Assembly: GCA_035533655.1 (NCBI GenBank)
Contig: DATLTJ010000107.1
Location: forward strand, 72 to 64,071
Reading direction: 5' to 3'
Source of the DNA: Candidatus Acidiferrales bacterium
GTDB taxonomy: Bacteria; Chloroflexota; Dormibacteria; Aeolococcales; Bog-877
DNA: 64,000 bases
Position numbers and translations under genes: made by a program. The notes beneath the pieces are model-generated. The model did no database searches. It saw only the letters and a list, made by a program, of their open reading frames with translations, and was not told where the DNA came from. This document shows, one piece after another, positions 1 to 8,937 of the stretch (positions are counted from its first letter, which is position 1; the number at the start of each line of letters is the position of its first letter).

Positions 1-257
1 AGAGCCGACCTTAGTACGAGAGGACCGGGTTGGACGGACCGCTAGTGCACCGGTTGTTCCGCCAGGAGCATCGCCGGGTAGCCATGTCCGGAAGGGATAA
101 GCGCTGAAAGCATCTAAGTGCGAAGCCCACTCCAAGATTAGATCTCCCACCGGGTTAACCGGGTAAGACCCCAGGTAGACCACCTGGTTGATAGGCCGCA
201 GGTGTAAGAGCAGTAATGCTTTCAGCTGAGCGGTACTAATCGGTCGAGGGCTTGACC
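1..257 (+). rRNA. rrl: 23S rRNA, 3'-terminal ~257 nt (5' part lies outside the window)
   Basis: Sarcin-ricin loop sequence AGTACGAGAGGACCGG lies at 13-28. The 3' end ...GGTACTAATCGGTCGAGGGCTTGACC resembles bacterial 23S termini. The exact 3' end is approximate. Confidence 0.9.
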
Positions 258-401
258 ACTCTCTACCACACTGTTCAGGAGTGCGCCCCCGAGGCAGACT
301 CTGTAGCAGTCAAGGTTCATACAGCGCTCAGGGCATTCAGGCTGGCGGCGCCGCGTTCCCGCGGGAGCCGACGCCGGCAGCCAACTTTGTCTATTAGAGA
401 T

Positions 402-516
402 CCGGTGACGATAGCGACGGTGAAACACCTGTTCCCATTCCGAACACAGCAGTTAAGCCCGTCTGCGCCGATGGTACTGCCCTGGAGACGGGGTGGAAGA
501 GTAGGTCATCGCCGGG
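402..516 (+). rRNA. rrf: 5S rRNA
   Basis: Conserved 5S blocks are present: CCCATTCCGAACACAG, GCGCCGATGGTACTG and AGAGTAGGTC. The 5' CCGGTGACGA and 3' TCATCGCCGG ends are complementary and form helix I. Length is ~115 nt; ends are approximate. Confidence 0.9.
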
Positions 517-520
517 TCTC

Positions 521-528
521 TTTTTTTT
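521..528 (+). terminator. T8 tract 4 nt after the 5S 3' end; possible rrn operon termination signal
   Basis: A run of 8 T directly follows the 5S terminal helix in an otherwise G+C-rich sequence. No separate local hairpin precedes it, so the call is weak. Confidence 0.25.
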
Positions 529-561
529 AACCCTGACCTTGTTGGTCCGGCACCGCGCCGG

Positions 562-1356
562 TCAGGATGATCGGGACTCCGTGATCGGGCCATGTCGTTC
601 GTCGTCGTCCGCTGGGAACAGGTGCCAGAAGTAATAACCGGCCACGCCCACCATGAGGGTGTTGTCGAAGCCAAACATCAAAAGTCCGCCGAGGTGCTGG
701 TCTCCGAGAGCGGAGGCCCCGAGGAGTGCGCTGCGGTGCAGGTACACCGTGTAGATGGCCGTCGGGAGCAGTGCCAGAGTTAGGCCGACCACGACTGAGG
801 GGAGAGCGCCGCAGGTGAGGTAGGCCACCTCTCCCAGCGGGCTCAGGTTCCACCGTTCTCCCTCGCGGTGGATAACTACTGCCCACCAGAAGATCAGCCC
901 GATCACCAGGAAGCTGAGATGTTGCAGCAGGTACACAGCGGGACTGGTGAGGGAGTAGTCCAGCAGCGCGGGAACATGCCAAAGCACCAGGATCCCGAAG
1001 TACGCGCTGGCCGCAAGTATCGGCTGGGCCAGTGTTCGGAGAACCGGAGCTATCCGACTGCGCAAGAGCCAGTCCACCGTCTGCTCGGGGAGACCGCGCA
1101 CCAAGAGGGGAGGCGCCACCATCGCCAGCAGTAGGTGCTGGACCATGTGCACGCTGAACAGGTAGCGCTGGCCGGCGACGTCCAGGGCTGACTCGAGGGA
1201 AATCAGGGTGACCAGCACTCCGGTGGACCAAGCTGCTGCTCTACCGTTGCGTTGCGCGCCCGGGAAACGAAGGTAGACCAGGAGGGCCAGTCCGCAGCCT
1301 ACCCAGACTGCCGGGTCGAACTCCCACAGGCTGAGCCAATGCAGCCAGGAGGTCAT
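562..1356 (-). CDS. Cytochrome c oxidase assembly factor, CtaG-like (Caa3_CtaG family) membrane protein, paralog 1
   Basis: 264-aa multi-pass membrane ORF. The motif FSVHMVQHLLLAMVAPPLLV and later Trp/His-rich helices are typical of Bacillus-type CtaG. It resembles the neighbouring paralog. Confidence 0.75.
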   Translation of the reverse strand: MTSWLHWLSLWEFDPAVWVGCGLALLVYLRFPGAQRNGRAAAWSTGVLVTLISLESALDVAGQRYLFSVHMVQHLLLAMVAPPLLVRGLPEQTVDWLLRSRIAPVLRTLAQPILAASAYFGILVLWHVPALLDYSLTSPAVYLLQHLSFLVIGLIFWWAVVIHREGERWNLSPLGEVAYLTCGALPSVVVGLTLALLPTAIYTVYLHRSALLGASALGDQHLGGLLMFGFDNTLMVGVAGYYFWHLFPADDDERHGPITESRSS

Positions 1357-1372
1357 TTAACCTGGCTGGCGC

Positions 1373-2311
1373 TCACGAGTCCTGCGGGGGGGGGGGCGGC
1401 TCCGATCTCGCCGCCTGGTTGCGGCGGTAGAGTTCGACCGCCGCATCCGCTCGCTTCTCATCGTCCCGCAACCACTGCAGCACCGCAATGTCAAGCATGA
1501 TCTCGGCCGGGATCGCTGCGGGGACCCAGGCCACGCCCGCCCCCCACTCTTGATCGGTGAGTGCCGAGATACCCCCCGGGCGGCTGGCGAGGTTGAAGTA
1601 GACCGAGTACCAAGCGTGACCGGAGAATCCCAGGCTCACCGCAACCACCCACATCACGGCCGTGCCGAGGACCAGATACCCCGCCAGAGGCCACGTCGTG
1701 AGGTGGCGGCGCAGTGGGTAGCTGTCCACCGTCACGGACCAGAAGAGTAGCCCGCCCAGAAGCAGCGTGGCGAACTCGAATCCGTGCAGAGTCGCGTTGT
1801 GCAGGGTGTGGTCGAACACGAACGGAACATGCCAGGTCCAGAACGTGATTGCCATTGCCGTGAGCCCGGCGGCTGGAGTCCGGAGGATGCGCCCGACGGC
1901 GCTCGGGAGAGCGCGGTTGCCGATCGCCTGCAGCCGCGGCCCCACGGCTTGCGTCCACCGCTCCGGTAGCGCCCGCCACCAGGGCAGTAGTGGTGTTCCG
2001 ACCAGCAGTAAGGGAGCGGCCACCATCTGGAAGAGGCAGTGCTCCAGCATGTGCATCCAGAACAGATAGGAGGCGAGATAGTTGATCGGCCCTTCGACGG
2101 CGAACAGGATGACCGCCAAACCGCAGTAGAAGGAGACCGCGCGCCACGGTCCAATCGAAGGATCGCCGGGCCGCTGGCCTTGGGCCATCAGGCGCCGCCC
2201 ACGCCAGTACAGCAATGCGGCCAGGATTACTGGAATCCAGGCGCCGGGTTGGAGGGCATAGCCGTACAGATGGCCCCAGGGTGCCCAGAAACTCACCGAG
2301 CTACCACCCAC
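1373..2311 (-). CDS. Cytochrome c oxidase assembly factor, CtaG-like (Caa3_CtaG family) membrane protein, paralog 2
   Basis: 312-aa membrane ORF carrying FWMHMLEHCLFQMVAAPLLLVG, the same motif architecture as the 562..1356 gene. The Pro-rich C-terminus (PPPPQDS) is hydrophilic. Confidence 0.75.
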   Translation of the reverse strand: MGGSSVSFWAPWGHLYGYALQPGAWIPVILAALLYWRGRRLMAQGQRPGDPSIGPWRAVSFYCGLAVILFAVEGPINYLASYLFWMHMLEHCLFQMVAAPLLLVGTPLLPWWRALPERWTQAVGPRLQAIGNRALPSAVGRILRTPAAGLTAMAITFWTWHVPFVFDHTLHNATLHGFEFATLLLGGLLFWSVTVDSYPLRRHLTTWPLAGYLVLGTAVMWVVAVSLGFSGHAWYSVYFNLASRPGGISALTDQEWGAGVAWVPAAIPAEIMLDIAVLQWLRDDEKRADAAVELYRRNQAARSEPPPPPQDS

Positions 2312-2429
2312 TCTGATCCAGAGTGAACGCCTGGGCGGGACGTACCTGCCCGAACAGCGAGATCTCCATAGCTAGTTCCCCCAGGCCGACACCATCACCA
2401 ACGGCCATCTGGCTGGGACTCCTCCGCCA

Positions 2430-2446
2430 GGCTGAACGGTTCAGCC
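2430..2446. repeat. 17-nt perfect palindrome GGCTGAAC-G-GTTCAGCC in the rlmN/ctaG spacer
   Basis: Read directly from the sequence. It lies ~50 nt downstream of the rlmN stop and upstream of the ctaG-like gene. Function (operator or hairpin) is unknown. Confidence 0.3.
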
Positions 2447-2496
2447 ACTATGAATGCTCCGGTGGAGATCGAGTGTACTCGTGGCGTGGTCCCGGT

Positions 2497-3627
2497 TCAG
2501 TCAGATGTTTGAGTAGGGTCCGCCCGGGCGCCGATGAGTTCGCTGTGGGCGGCCGCGGCCAGCGCCGTCCTTCGGGGTAGTGGGGCCATCGAGGCCCGAA
2601 GCTGTCCGCATGCCGCGGTCGCCCGCTCGCCTCGCGAGAAGCGGATGCTGGCGCGCGGTCCCACCAACTCACCGAATTGGCGGCAGGCTCGCTCGGGAGG
2701 GGCGACCAGTTCGCTGTTGGGGATCGGATTCATCGGAATCAGGTTGACGTGAGCCTGCACACTCGCGGCGAGCTGGCGCAGCGCGATGGCGTCCTCCGGC
2801 CGATCATTCACGTGCGCGATGAGCACGTACTCCAGGCTCACCCGCCGGCCGGTGGCGGCGCTGAAGCGCAGCGCGGCCGCCTTGAGCTCAGCCAGAGGAT
2901 AGCGTCGGTTCAAGGGCACCAACCGGTCGCGCAGGAGATCGTTGGCGGCGTGAAGTGAGATGGCCAGGCGGACCGGCAGTTGCTCCGCCGCGAGCTGGTC
3001 GATCTCGGGTACCAGGCCGCTGGTTGAGACCACCACCCGGCGTGGTGACAGGCCCCAATCCTGCAGCAGCCGGATGGACTCGACCACCGGGTGGTAGTTG
3101 TGCAGTGGCTCGCCCATCCCCATGAAGACCACGTTGGTCGGAGGGCCACTTCCCGCCGCGGTCCAGATGCGGGCGGCAGCCCGGACCTGATCCACGATCT
3201 CGCTGGCGGTGAGGTTGCGACGGAGGCCCAGCTGGCCGGTTGCGCAGAAGAGACAACCGATGGCGCAGCCGATCTGAGAACTGACGCAGACCGTGTTGCG
3301 AGGGCGTGCCTGAGCCCCTCCGGGGTGGCGGATGAGAACCGCTTCCACCTCCTCGCCGTCATGACCGCGCAGCAGTAATTTGGTGGTCAGGCCACGATCG
3401 GCAGTCGTGTCGGCGACCACTTCCAGGCTCTGGAAGCAGAGCTCGGCGGCCAGGTCGGAACGCAGTGCAACCGGCAGGGAGACCATGTCCTGGAAACCCG
3501 AAACCCCTCCGCTCCAGGCGTGCTCGCGAATCTGGGTTGCCCGATATCGGGGCTGGCCCAGTCCGACGACCGCCTCTTGCAGCTCCGCCAGAGTGAGGCC
3601 GCCGAGTTCGCGATGTGGCGTACTCAC
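2497..3627 (-). CDS. rlmN: 23S rRNA/tRNA adenine-C2 methyltransferase RlmN (radical SAM)
   Basis: Radical-SAM CxxxCxxC motif (GCAIGCLFCATG). The N-terminal motif GQPRYRATQI and the MGMGEPL block are typical of RlmN. A GTG start overlaps the folE stop. Confidence 0.9.
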   Translation of the reverse strand: MSTPHRELGGLTLAELQEAVVGLGQPRYRATQIREHAWSGGVSGFQDMVSLPVALRSDLAAELCFQSLEVVADTTADRGLTTKLLLRGHDGEEVEAVLIRHPGGAQARPRNTVCVSSQIGCAIGCLFCATGQLGLRRNLTASEIVDQVRAAARIWTAAGSGPPTNVVFMGMGEPLHNYHPVVESIRLLQDWGLSPRRVVVSTSGLVPEIDQLAAEQLPVRLAISLHAANDLLRDRLVPLNRRYPLAELKAAALRFSAATGRRVSLEYVLIAHVNDRPEDAIALRQLAASVQAHVNLIPMNPIPNSELVAPPERACRQFGELVGPRASIRFSRGERATAACGQLRASMAPLPRRTALAAAAHSELIGARADPTQTSD

Positions 3628-4250
3628 CCCCCTCGGATCAGGCCCATGAATTCACCCCTCGTCCGGGGATCTCGCCGGAAGATCCCAGTCATGAAACTGG
3701 TGATAGTTCGATTCCCTGGCTTCTCCACTCCCCGCATCATCGTGCACAGGTGATCGGCCTCCACCACCACGGCGACCCCGCGTGGTTCGAGGTGGCGCTG
3801 CAGTGCCTGGGCGATCTCGCTGGTCATCCGCTCCTGAATCTGCAGCCGGCGGGCAAAGGCGTCCACTAATCGTGGGATCTTGCTCAGTCCGATGATCCGG
3901 CCGTGGGGTAGGTAGCCCACGTGGGCGACCCCAAAGAAGGGCAGAAGGTGGTGCTCGCAGAGGCTGTAGAAGTTGATGTCGCGGACCAGCACCAGCTCGT
4001 CGTACGCCTCTTCGAAGACCGCCTGGCCGAGGATTTGATCCAGGTCGACCCGATATCCGGCGGTCAGGAAGGAGAGGCTTTCCGCCACCCGCTGAGGCGT
4101 TGCCTTTAGGCCCGGCCGCTCGGGATCTTCACCCAACTGAACCAATAGCCGAGCGACCAGCCCCTCGGTCTCGGCGCCCAGTTTGGGTCCAGGCGCCGGC
4201 GCGGGGACGCCATCGGCCGGCAGTCGACGCTCAGTTGGGGATGGCCTCAC
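3624..4250 (-). CDS. folE: GTP cyclohydrolase I
   Basis: Motifs SLCEHHLLPFFGVAHVGYLP and QIQERMT are diagnostic of FolE type I. Confidence 0.9.
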   Translation of the reverse strand: MRPSPTERRLPADGVPAPAPGPKLGAETEGLVARLLVQLGEDPERPGLKATPQRVAESLSFLTAGYRVDLDQILGQAVFEEAYDELVLVRDINFYSLCEHHLLPFFGVAHVGYLPHGRIIGLSKIPRLVDAFARRLQIQERMTSEIAQALQRHLEPRGVAVVVEADHLCTMMRGVEKPGNRTITSFMTGIFRRDPRTRGEFMGLIRGG

Positions 4251-4301
4251 AGTACGGTGATTGTCTCAGCAAGCGTCGGCGGCGGTTCCCTCACCGCCTT
4301 C

Positions 4302-5714
4302 TCAGCTCGAGCTGAGGCGGTCCCAGAGAGCCTGCGCGGAGGCGGCGCCCTGCTGGAGACAGGCGGCGACCCCGACACCGCCAAACGCCGCCCCGGTTAG
4401 CTCGAGCTGAACTGGTAGAGCGGCCGCCGCCTCCGCAACGCGGTCCCGCCACCGGAGGTGGCCAGCCCGGTACTGCGGCAGTGCGCCATGCCAGCGCTCC
4501 ACGCGGACCTCGACTGGGAGCTCGGTGAGCCCCAGGATGGTCCGGAGCTCGCGATGGATGGTGGTCACCAGCGTGGTGTCGTCCAGGGCCAGCACCCACT
4601 CGTCGCCGAAACTCCCCGCCGAGGCCCGCAGCAGGGTCAGGCCCGGCTGACGCAGGTGCGGCCACTTGCGGTCCAGGAAAGTACACGCGGTGACGGTCCG
4701 CCGCGGCCGCCGAACCACCAGGAAGCCGCTGCCTTCCAGCGGCCTGGAGATGGCCCTGTCCGGGTACGCCAGGGTGACGGTCGCCACCGACGAGTACTCC
4801 AGCTGGCGCAGTAACGGACCCATCTCGCTGCTGAGGGAACCGAGCAGGATCGCGGCGGCGGGGGCGGGCACGGCCAGGATCAGGCCATCGAACTCGGCAA
4901 GGGATTCGCCAGGGATGTGGAGTCGAACGTGACTGCTCTCGGTGGCCGCCAGGCTAGTGACCGGCCGGCCCAGGTGGAGCGAGTTACCGGGAATGAGGTG
5001 TACCAAGCCGTCAACCAATTGCTGAAGGCCGCTTTCAAAGCTGACGAAGGGAGTCGATCCCGGGCGCCGCGGTTCGGCTCTGGCAGCCTGGCGCAGGCCG
5101 CGGAGCAGGCTGCCGCCGCCTTGGGCAGCGGCGACCAGCTGAGGCGCCACCGCGCCGCTGCTCAGCTGGTGAGCAGGACCGGCGTAAACCCCGCCCAGCA
5201 GTGGATCGATCAGACGTCCGAAGAGAGTCTTGCCGACCCGCCGACCAACAAATGCGCCCAGGGCTCCGTCCGGATCCGGTTCCCCCCGCCGCAACCAGGG
5301 CTCGAGCGACGCGCGGGCAGCCCCCGCCAACCCCACCGCGCGTACCACGTCCGGCCTCCAGGGATACAGCGGAACTCCCAGCACCGAGTCCTTGGGGATC
5401 GCGAGCAACTTCCGGCCGTTCCAGATCGAGGCCGAGGTGGTCGCCGGGAGGACTAAGCTCGAGGCTAAGCCCAACTTTTCGATAACTGCCTCCATCTCCG
5501 GGCCGCGCGCCAACAGACTCTCGGCGCCTAGGTCGACTTGGGCCCCGGCGAACTTCGTGGTGAGTAGCTTGCCGCCGGGTCGGTCGCTGGCCTCGAACAC
5601 CGACAGCGAGAGCGGAACCGAGCTCCGCTGGGCGAGTCGTTCCAGCTCCGCGGCCGCTGCCAGCCCCGATACCCCCGCTCCGATCACCGCCAGTCGGCGC
5701 GGAGTGGAGCTCAC
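4302..5714 (-). CDS. hemY: Protoporphyrinogen/coproporphyrinogen III oxidase (HemY/CgoX type, FAD-dependent)
   Basis: An FAD dinucleotide fold (LAVIGAGVSGLAAAAEL) follows directly after a GTG at 5714 that overlaps the hemH stop (GTGA). The track ORF extends further 5' (to 5960) only because the frame lacks stops inside hemH. Confidence 0.8.
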   Translation of the reverse strand: MSSTPRRLAVIGAGVSGLAAAAELERLAQRSSVPLSLSVFEASDRPGGKLLTTKFAGAQVDLGAESLLARGPEMEAVIEKLGLASSLVLPATTSASIWNGRKLLAIPKDSVLGVPLYPWRPDVVRAVGLAGAARASLEPWLRRGEPDPDGALGAFVGRRVGKTLFGRLIDPLLGGVYAGPAHQLSSGAVAPQLVAAAQGGGSLLRGLRQAARAEPRRPGSTPFVSFESGLQQLVDGLVHLIPGNSLHLGRPVTSLAATESSHVRLHIPGESLAEFDGLILAVPAPAAAILLGSLSSEMGPLLRQLEYSSVATVTLAYPDRAISRPLEGSGFLVVRRPRRTVTACTFLDRKWPHLRQPGLTLLRASAGSFGDEWVLALDDTTLVTTIHRELRTILGLTELPVEVRVERWHGALPQYRAGHLRWRDRVAEAAAALPVQLELTGAAFGGVGVAACLQQGAASAQALWDRLSSS

Positions 5715-6703
5715 GGGTTGGCTGAGATCCCTGCCTGTACCAGTCCCGCGAGGATGGCCACAAAGTCGGGACGCGCGTTGGGCATTGGCGTCCGAGAGAT
5801 CCGCACCCCGAGCCGGGCAGCCTCGGCCTGGGCTTCCACGTCCAGGTCGTAAAGGATCTCCAGGTGGTCGGCGGTGAAGCCGCACGCACACACCAGGAAG
5901 TCTGTGGTGCCACCGGCCGCCGCCTCCTGGATCACCTCCAGCAGCTCGGGACCCAACCACGGCTCGCCGGTCTTGGCGACGCTCTGCCAGGCGGTGGTCC
6001 AGTTGGCCAACCCGGCCTGGTGGGCGACGGCGGTGGCGGTCTCAGCGAGTTGCCCGGGATAGGGGTCGCCCATGTCCTGGAGGCGGGCCGGCAGGCTGTG
6101 GGCGGTGAATATGACCAGCGCGGGCTCCACCCGCGGTGGAGCGCCCTGCGCCAGCTGTTCCCGCACCCGATCTGCCAGCCACCTGACGTACCCCGGGTCG
6201 AGGTGCCAGTCGGTCACGAACCGCAGCTGCAGCGGGCGGGATTGCCCGGCCACCGCGCTCTCAGCCCGCTGCACGTATTCACCGACGCTCATCTGTGAGA
6301 AGTGGGGTGCGAGGACGAGTCCGACCGCTGAGGCGACCCCCTGCTCGACCAGCTGGCCCACCGCGTCCTCGAGGAAGGGAGCAGAGTGCTTCATGCCCAC
6401 CACAACTCGCCACTCCTCGCCGTCCCGGCGCCGCAGTTCGCGCTTCAGTGCCTCCGCCTGGGACCTGGTGATCTCCTGGAGCGGGGAGCTACCCCCGATG
6501 GCGTCATAACGCCGCTCCAGCTCGGCCAGGGCGTCCGGGCGGGGCGGCCGGCCTCCCCGCATGTGGGTGTAGTAGGGCAGGATCTCGGCCCGGGTGCGGG
6601 GGCTGCCATAGGCCATGAGCAGGACAGCCGTGGCGTGCGGCGAGTTGACCCCCGATGAACCAGCGGTGGCGTGCTCGCGCTCGGACGCCTCGGTAGAGGT
6701 CAA
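5711..6703 (-). CDS. hemH: Ferrochelatase (coproporphyrin ferrochelatase type)
   Basis: AVLLMAYGSP N-terminal motif and a conserved ferrochelatase core. I prefer the TTG at 6703, which sits behind GGAAGGGA; ATG 6751 is the alternative start. Confidence 0.85.
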   Translation of the reverse strand: MTSTEASEREHATAGSSGVNSPHATAVLLMAYGSPRTRAEILPYYTHMRGGRPPRPDALAELERRYDAIGGSSPLQEITRSQAEALKRELRRRDGEEWRVVVGMKHSAPFLEDAVGQLVEQGVASAVGLVLAPHFSQMSVGEYVQRAESAVAGQSRPLQLRFVTDWHLDPGYVRWLADRVREQLAQGAPPRVEPALVIFTAHSLPARLQDMGDPYPGQLAETATAVAHQAGLANWTTAWQSVAKTGEPWLGPELLEVIQEAAAGGTTDFLVCACGFTADHLEILYDLDVEAQAEAARLGVRISRTPMPNARPDFVAILAGLVQAGISANP

Positions 6704-6806
6704 TTTGAGTTCCCTTCCTGTCCGGTCTGGGGCGGATCGCCCGGCCCCCAAGCGCTCACTCTACTGACCGAGCGGTCGCTCACCCCGTTGCTAAAGTTAG
6801 CGCGCT

Positions 6807-7949
6807 GTGGGGACTCCGCCCAAGATCATTGGCGCGCTGCCGTCTCCGCCGCGGGGGCCGCTCACGGGTGCCCCGGGGGCGGAGCTTTTGGAAGGAGCCC
6901 GCACCATCCTCGGTCGCCCCGCGCCGGAGATGGTCACCGCGCTTAGGGAATGGTCCCGAGAACTGGCACTCGAGCTCTTCAGCGCCATGGCCGGGCTGCG
7001 TGCCTTTGACGAGCGCGCGGTCATCCTCCAGCGCCAGGGCCGCATCGGTACCTATCCGACCTTTTATGGCGAGGAGGCAGTCCAGGCCGCCAGCGTCCGG
7101 GCCTTGCAGAGCCGGGACTGGCTGTTCCCAACCTACCGGCAGACCGCGGTGGTGACCCTGCGGGGCTGCCCGCCGCTGGTGCCACTCTTGATGTGGCGGG
7201 GCCATCCCGGCGGCTGGCACGACGTGATGGAGTACCGGGTAGCTCCCATCTGCGTGCCGGTGGCGACCAATTTTCCTCATGCGGTGGGGTCCGCCTGGGG
7301 GGCCAAGCTGCGCCACCTAAAGCTGGTAGCCCTCGCCTACGGGGGGGACGGCTCAACCTCGGCCGGTGACTTCCACGAGGCCTGCAACCTGGCCGCCGTG
7401 ATGGGCGCACCGGTGATCTTCTTGATCACCAACAACCAGTGGGCCATCAGCACCCCGGTCAGCAAGCAGACCAAGGTGCGCCGGGTGGCCGACAAGGCCG
7501 CTGGCTACGGCATGCCCGGGGTCCGAGTTGACGCCTTCGATGTCTTCGCCTGCTACCAGGTGGTGCGGGAGGCGGCGGCGCGAGCCAGAGCGGGAGGGGG
7601 TCCGACCCTGATCGAGGCGATCGGCTACCGACTCGGTCCTCATGGCACCGCTGACGAGCCATCGCTCTACCGGGATCAAGCCGCAGATCGACTTTGGGAG
7701 CCGATGGAGCCACTGCGCCGGACCCAGCTGGCACTGGTGGCGGCCGGGCTCGCCTCCGCCGCCGAGCTAGACCAGATTCGAGCCGACGCGGTGGAGGGAC
7801 TCCGGGCCATCGGCGACGCCGTGGAGGCGACCTCTCCGGTCACCATCGAGGAGATCGCCGCAACCGTCCATCGGGAGACCCCTTGGGGTCTGCTGCCGGA
7901 CCGCCTGCGCGAGCCTTCCTGGACGGATCGAAGCGGTGACCCGGGATGA
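6807..7949 (+). CDS. 2-oxoacid dehydrogenase E1 component, alpha subunit (PDH/BCKDH type, TPP-dependent)
   Basis: TPP-binding motif GDGSTSAGDFHEACNLAAVMGAPVIFLITNNQWAIS. First gene of an E1a-E1b-E2 operon. Substrate specificity cannot be decided from sequence. Confidence 0.88.
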   Translation: MGTPPKIIGALPSPPRGPLTGAPGAELLEGARTILGRPAPEMVTALREWSRELALELFSAMAGLRAFDERAVILQRQGRIGTYPTFYGEEAVQAASVRALQSRDWLFPTYRQTAVVTLRGCPPLVPLLMWRGHPGGWHDVMEYRVAPICVPVATNFPHAVGSAWGAKLRHLKLVALAYGGDGSTSAGDFHEACNLAAVMGAPVIFLITNNQWAISTPVSKQTKVRRVADKAAGYGMPGVRVDAFDVFACYQVVREAAARARAGGGPTLIEAIGYRLGPHGTADEPSLYRDQAADRLWEPMEPLRRTQLALVAAGLASAAELDQIRADAVEGLRAIGDAVEATSPVTIEEIAATVHRETPWGLLPDRLREPSWTDRSGDPG

Positions 7950-8932
7950 GTTCGACCACCGAGCTGAACATGGTCGAGGCGATCACCAGGGGACTGGGCC
8001 AGCTGCTCGAAGAGGACCCCGACGCCCTCCTGATGGGAGAGGACATTGGGGCCAATGGGGGGGTATTTCGGGCCACCGCCGGACTGCAAGAGCGATTCGG
8101 AGCGGAGCGAGTGGTAGACACCCCCCTCAGCGAGGCGGGATTCGTGGGGGCCGCTATCGGGATGTGCCTGGTTGGCCTCCACCCGGTCGTGGAGATCCAG
8201 TTCGATGCCTTCGTCTATCCGGCCTTCGAGCAGCTGGTCTCGCAGGCGGGGAGATTCAGGTGGCGCACCAGCGGTGCCTATGGACTGCCGCTGGTCGTTC
8301 GCATCCCCTATGGCGGCGGGACGCGGGCGCCCGAACTGCACTCGGATTCTCCGGAGACCCTCTTCAGCCACATGCCGGGGTTGCGGGTCGTGATTCCGTC
8401 CGATCCCCTCTCGGGGGGTGAGCTCCTCCTGGCGGCGGTGCGGTGCGGTGACCCGGTCATCTTCCTGGAGCCCAAGCGGATGTACCGGCGCGGTCGCCAG
8501 GCGGTACCGACCAGGTTCGCCGCCGGCGACCTGGACCACGCGGTGGTGGTGCGGCCGGGGGACGACCTGACCGTCGTCGCCTACGGCGCCATGCTCGAGG
8601 TAGCCCGGGGGGCTGCCGACCGGCTTCAGCAGGAGGGGGTATCCACCCGGGTGCTCGATCTGCGCTCCCTCTACCCGCTCGACCGCGAAAGTCTGCTGGC
8701 TGCCGCCGAGGAGACCGGTCGGGTGCTGGTGGTCCACGAGGCGGCGCGGCACTGCGGCATCGGGGCTGAGGTGGCGGCCCTGCTGCAGGAGGAGGTGGCG
8801 GACGCCTTGCTAGCTCCGACCCTGCGGGTCACCGGCATGGACATGCCGTTCCCACTTTCCCAGAACGAGGACGATGCGCTGCCGTCGGTGGCGCGGGTGC
8901 TGGCGGCGGCCCACGCGATGCTCGAGTACTGA
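7946..8932 (+). CDS. 2-oxoacid dehydrogenase E1 component, beta subunit
   Basis: Typical E1-beta N-terminus (MVEAITRGL...EDP...MGEDIG..GGVFRAT.GL). ATGA overlap with the alpha subunit. Confidence 0.9.
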   Translation: MSSTTELNMVEAITRGLGQLLEEDPDALLMGEDIGANGGVFRATAGLQERFGAERVVDTPLSEAGFVGAAIGMCLVGLHPVVEIQFDAFVYPAFEQLVSQAGRFRWRTSGAYGLPLVVRIPYGGGTRAPELHSDSPETLFSHMPGLRVVIPSDPLSGGELLLAAVRCGDPVIFLEPKRMYRRGRQAVPTRFAAGDLDHAVVVRPGDDLTVVAYGAMLEVARGAADRLQQEGVSTRVLDLRSLYPLDRESLLAAAEETGRVLVVHEAARHCGIGAEVAALLQEEVADALLAPTLRVTGMDMPFPLSQNEDDALPSVARVLAAAHAMLEY

Positions 8933-8937
8933 GTGCG

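Noticed and set aside
532-566. Hairpin CCTGA...CCGGC-accgc-GCCGG-TCAGG as an intrinsic terminator for 5S or for the convergent ctaG-like gene.
   Set aside because: On the plus strand the T8 tract precedes the hairpin rather than following it. On the minus strand the hairpin is followed by an A-run, not a U-run. The hairpin also overlaps the stop codon of the minus-strand gene.
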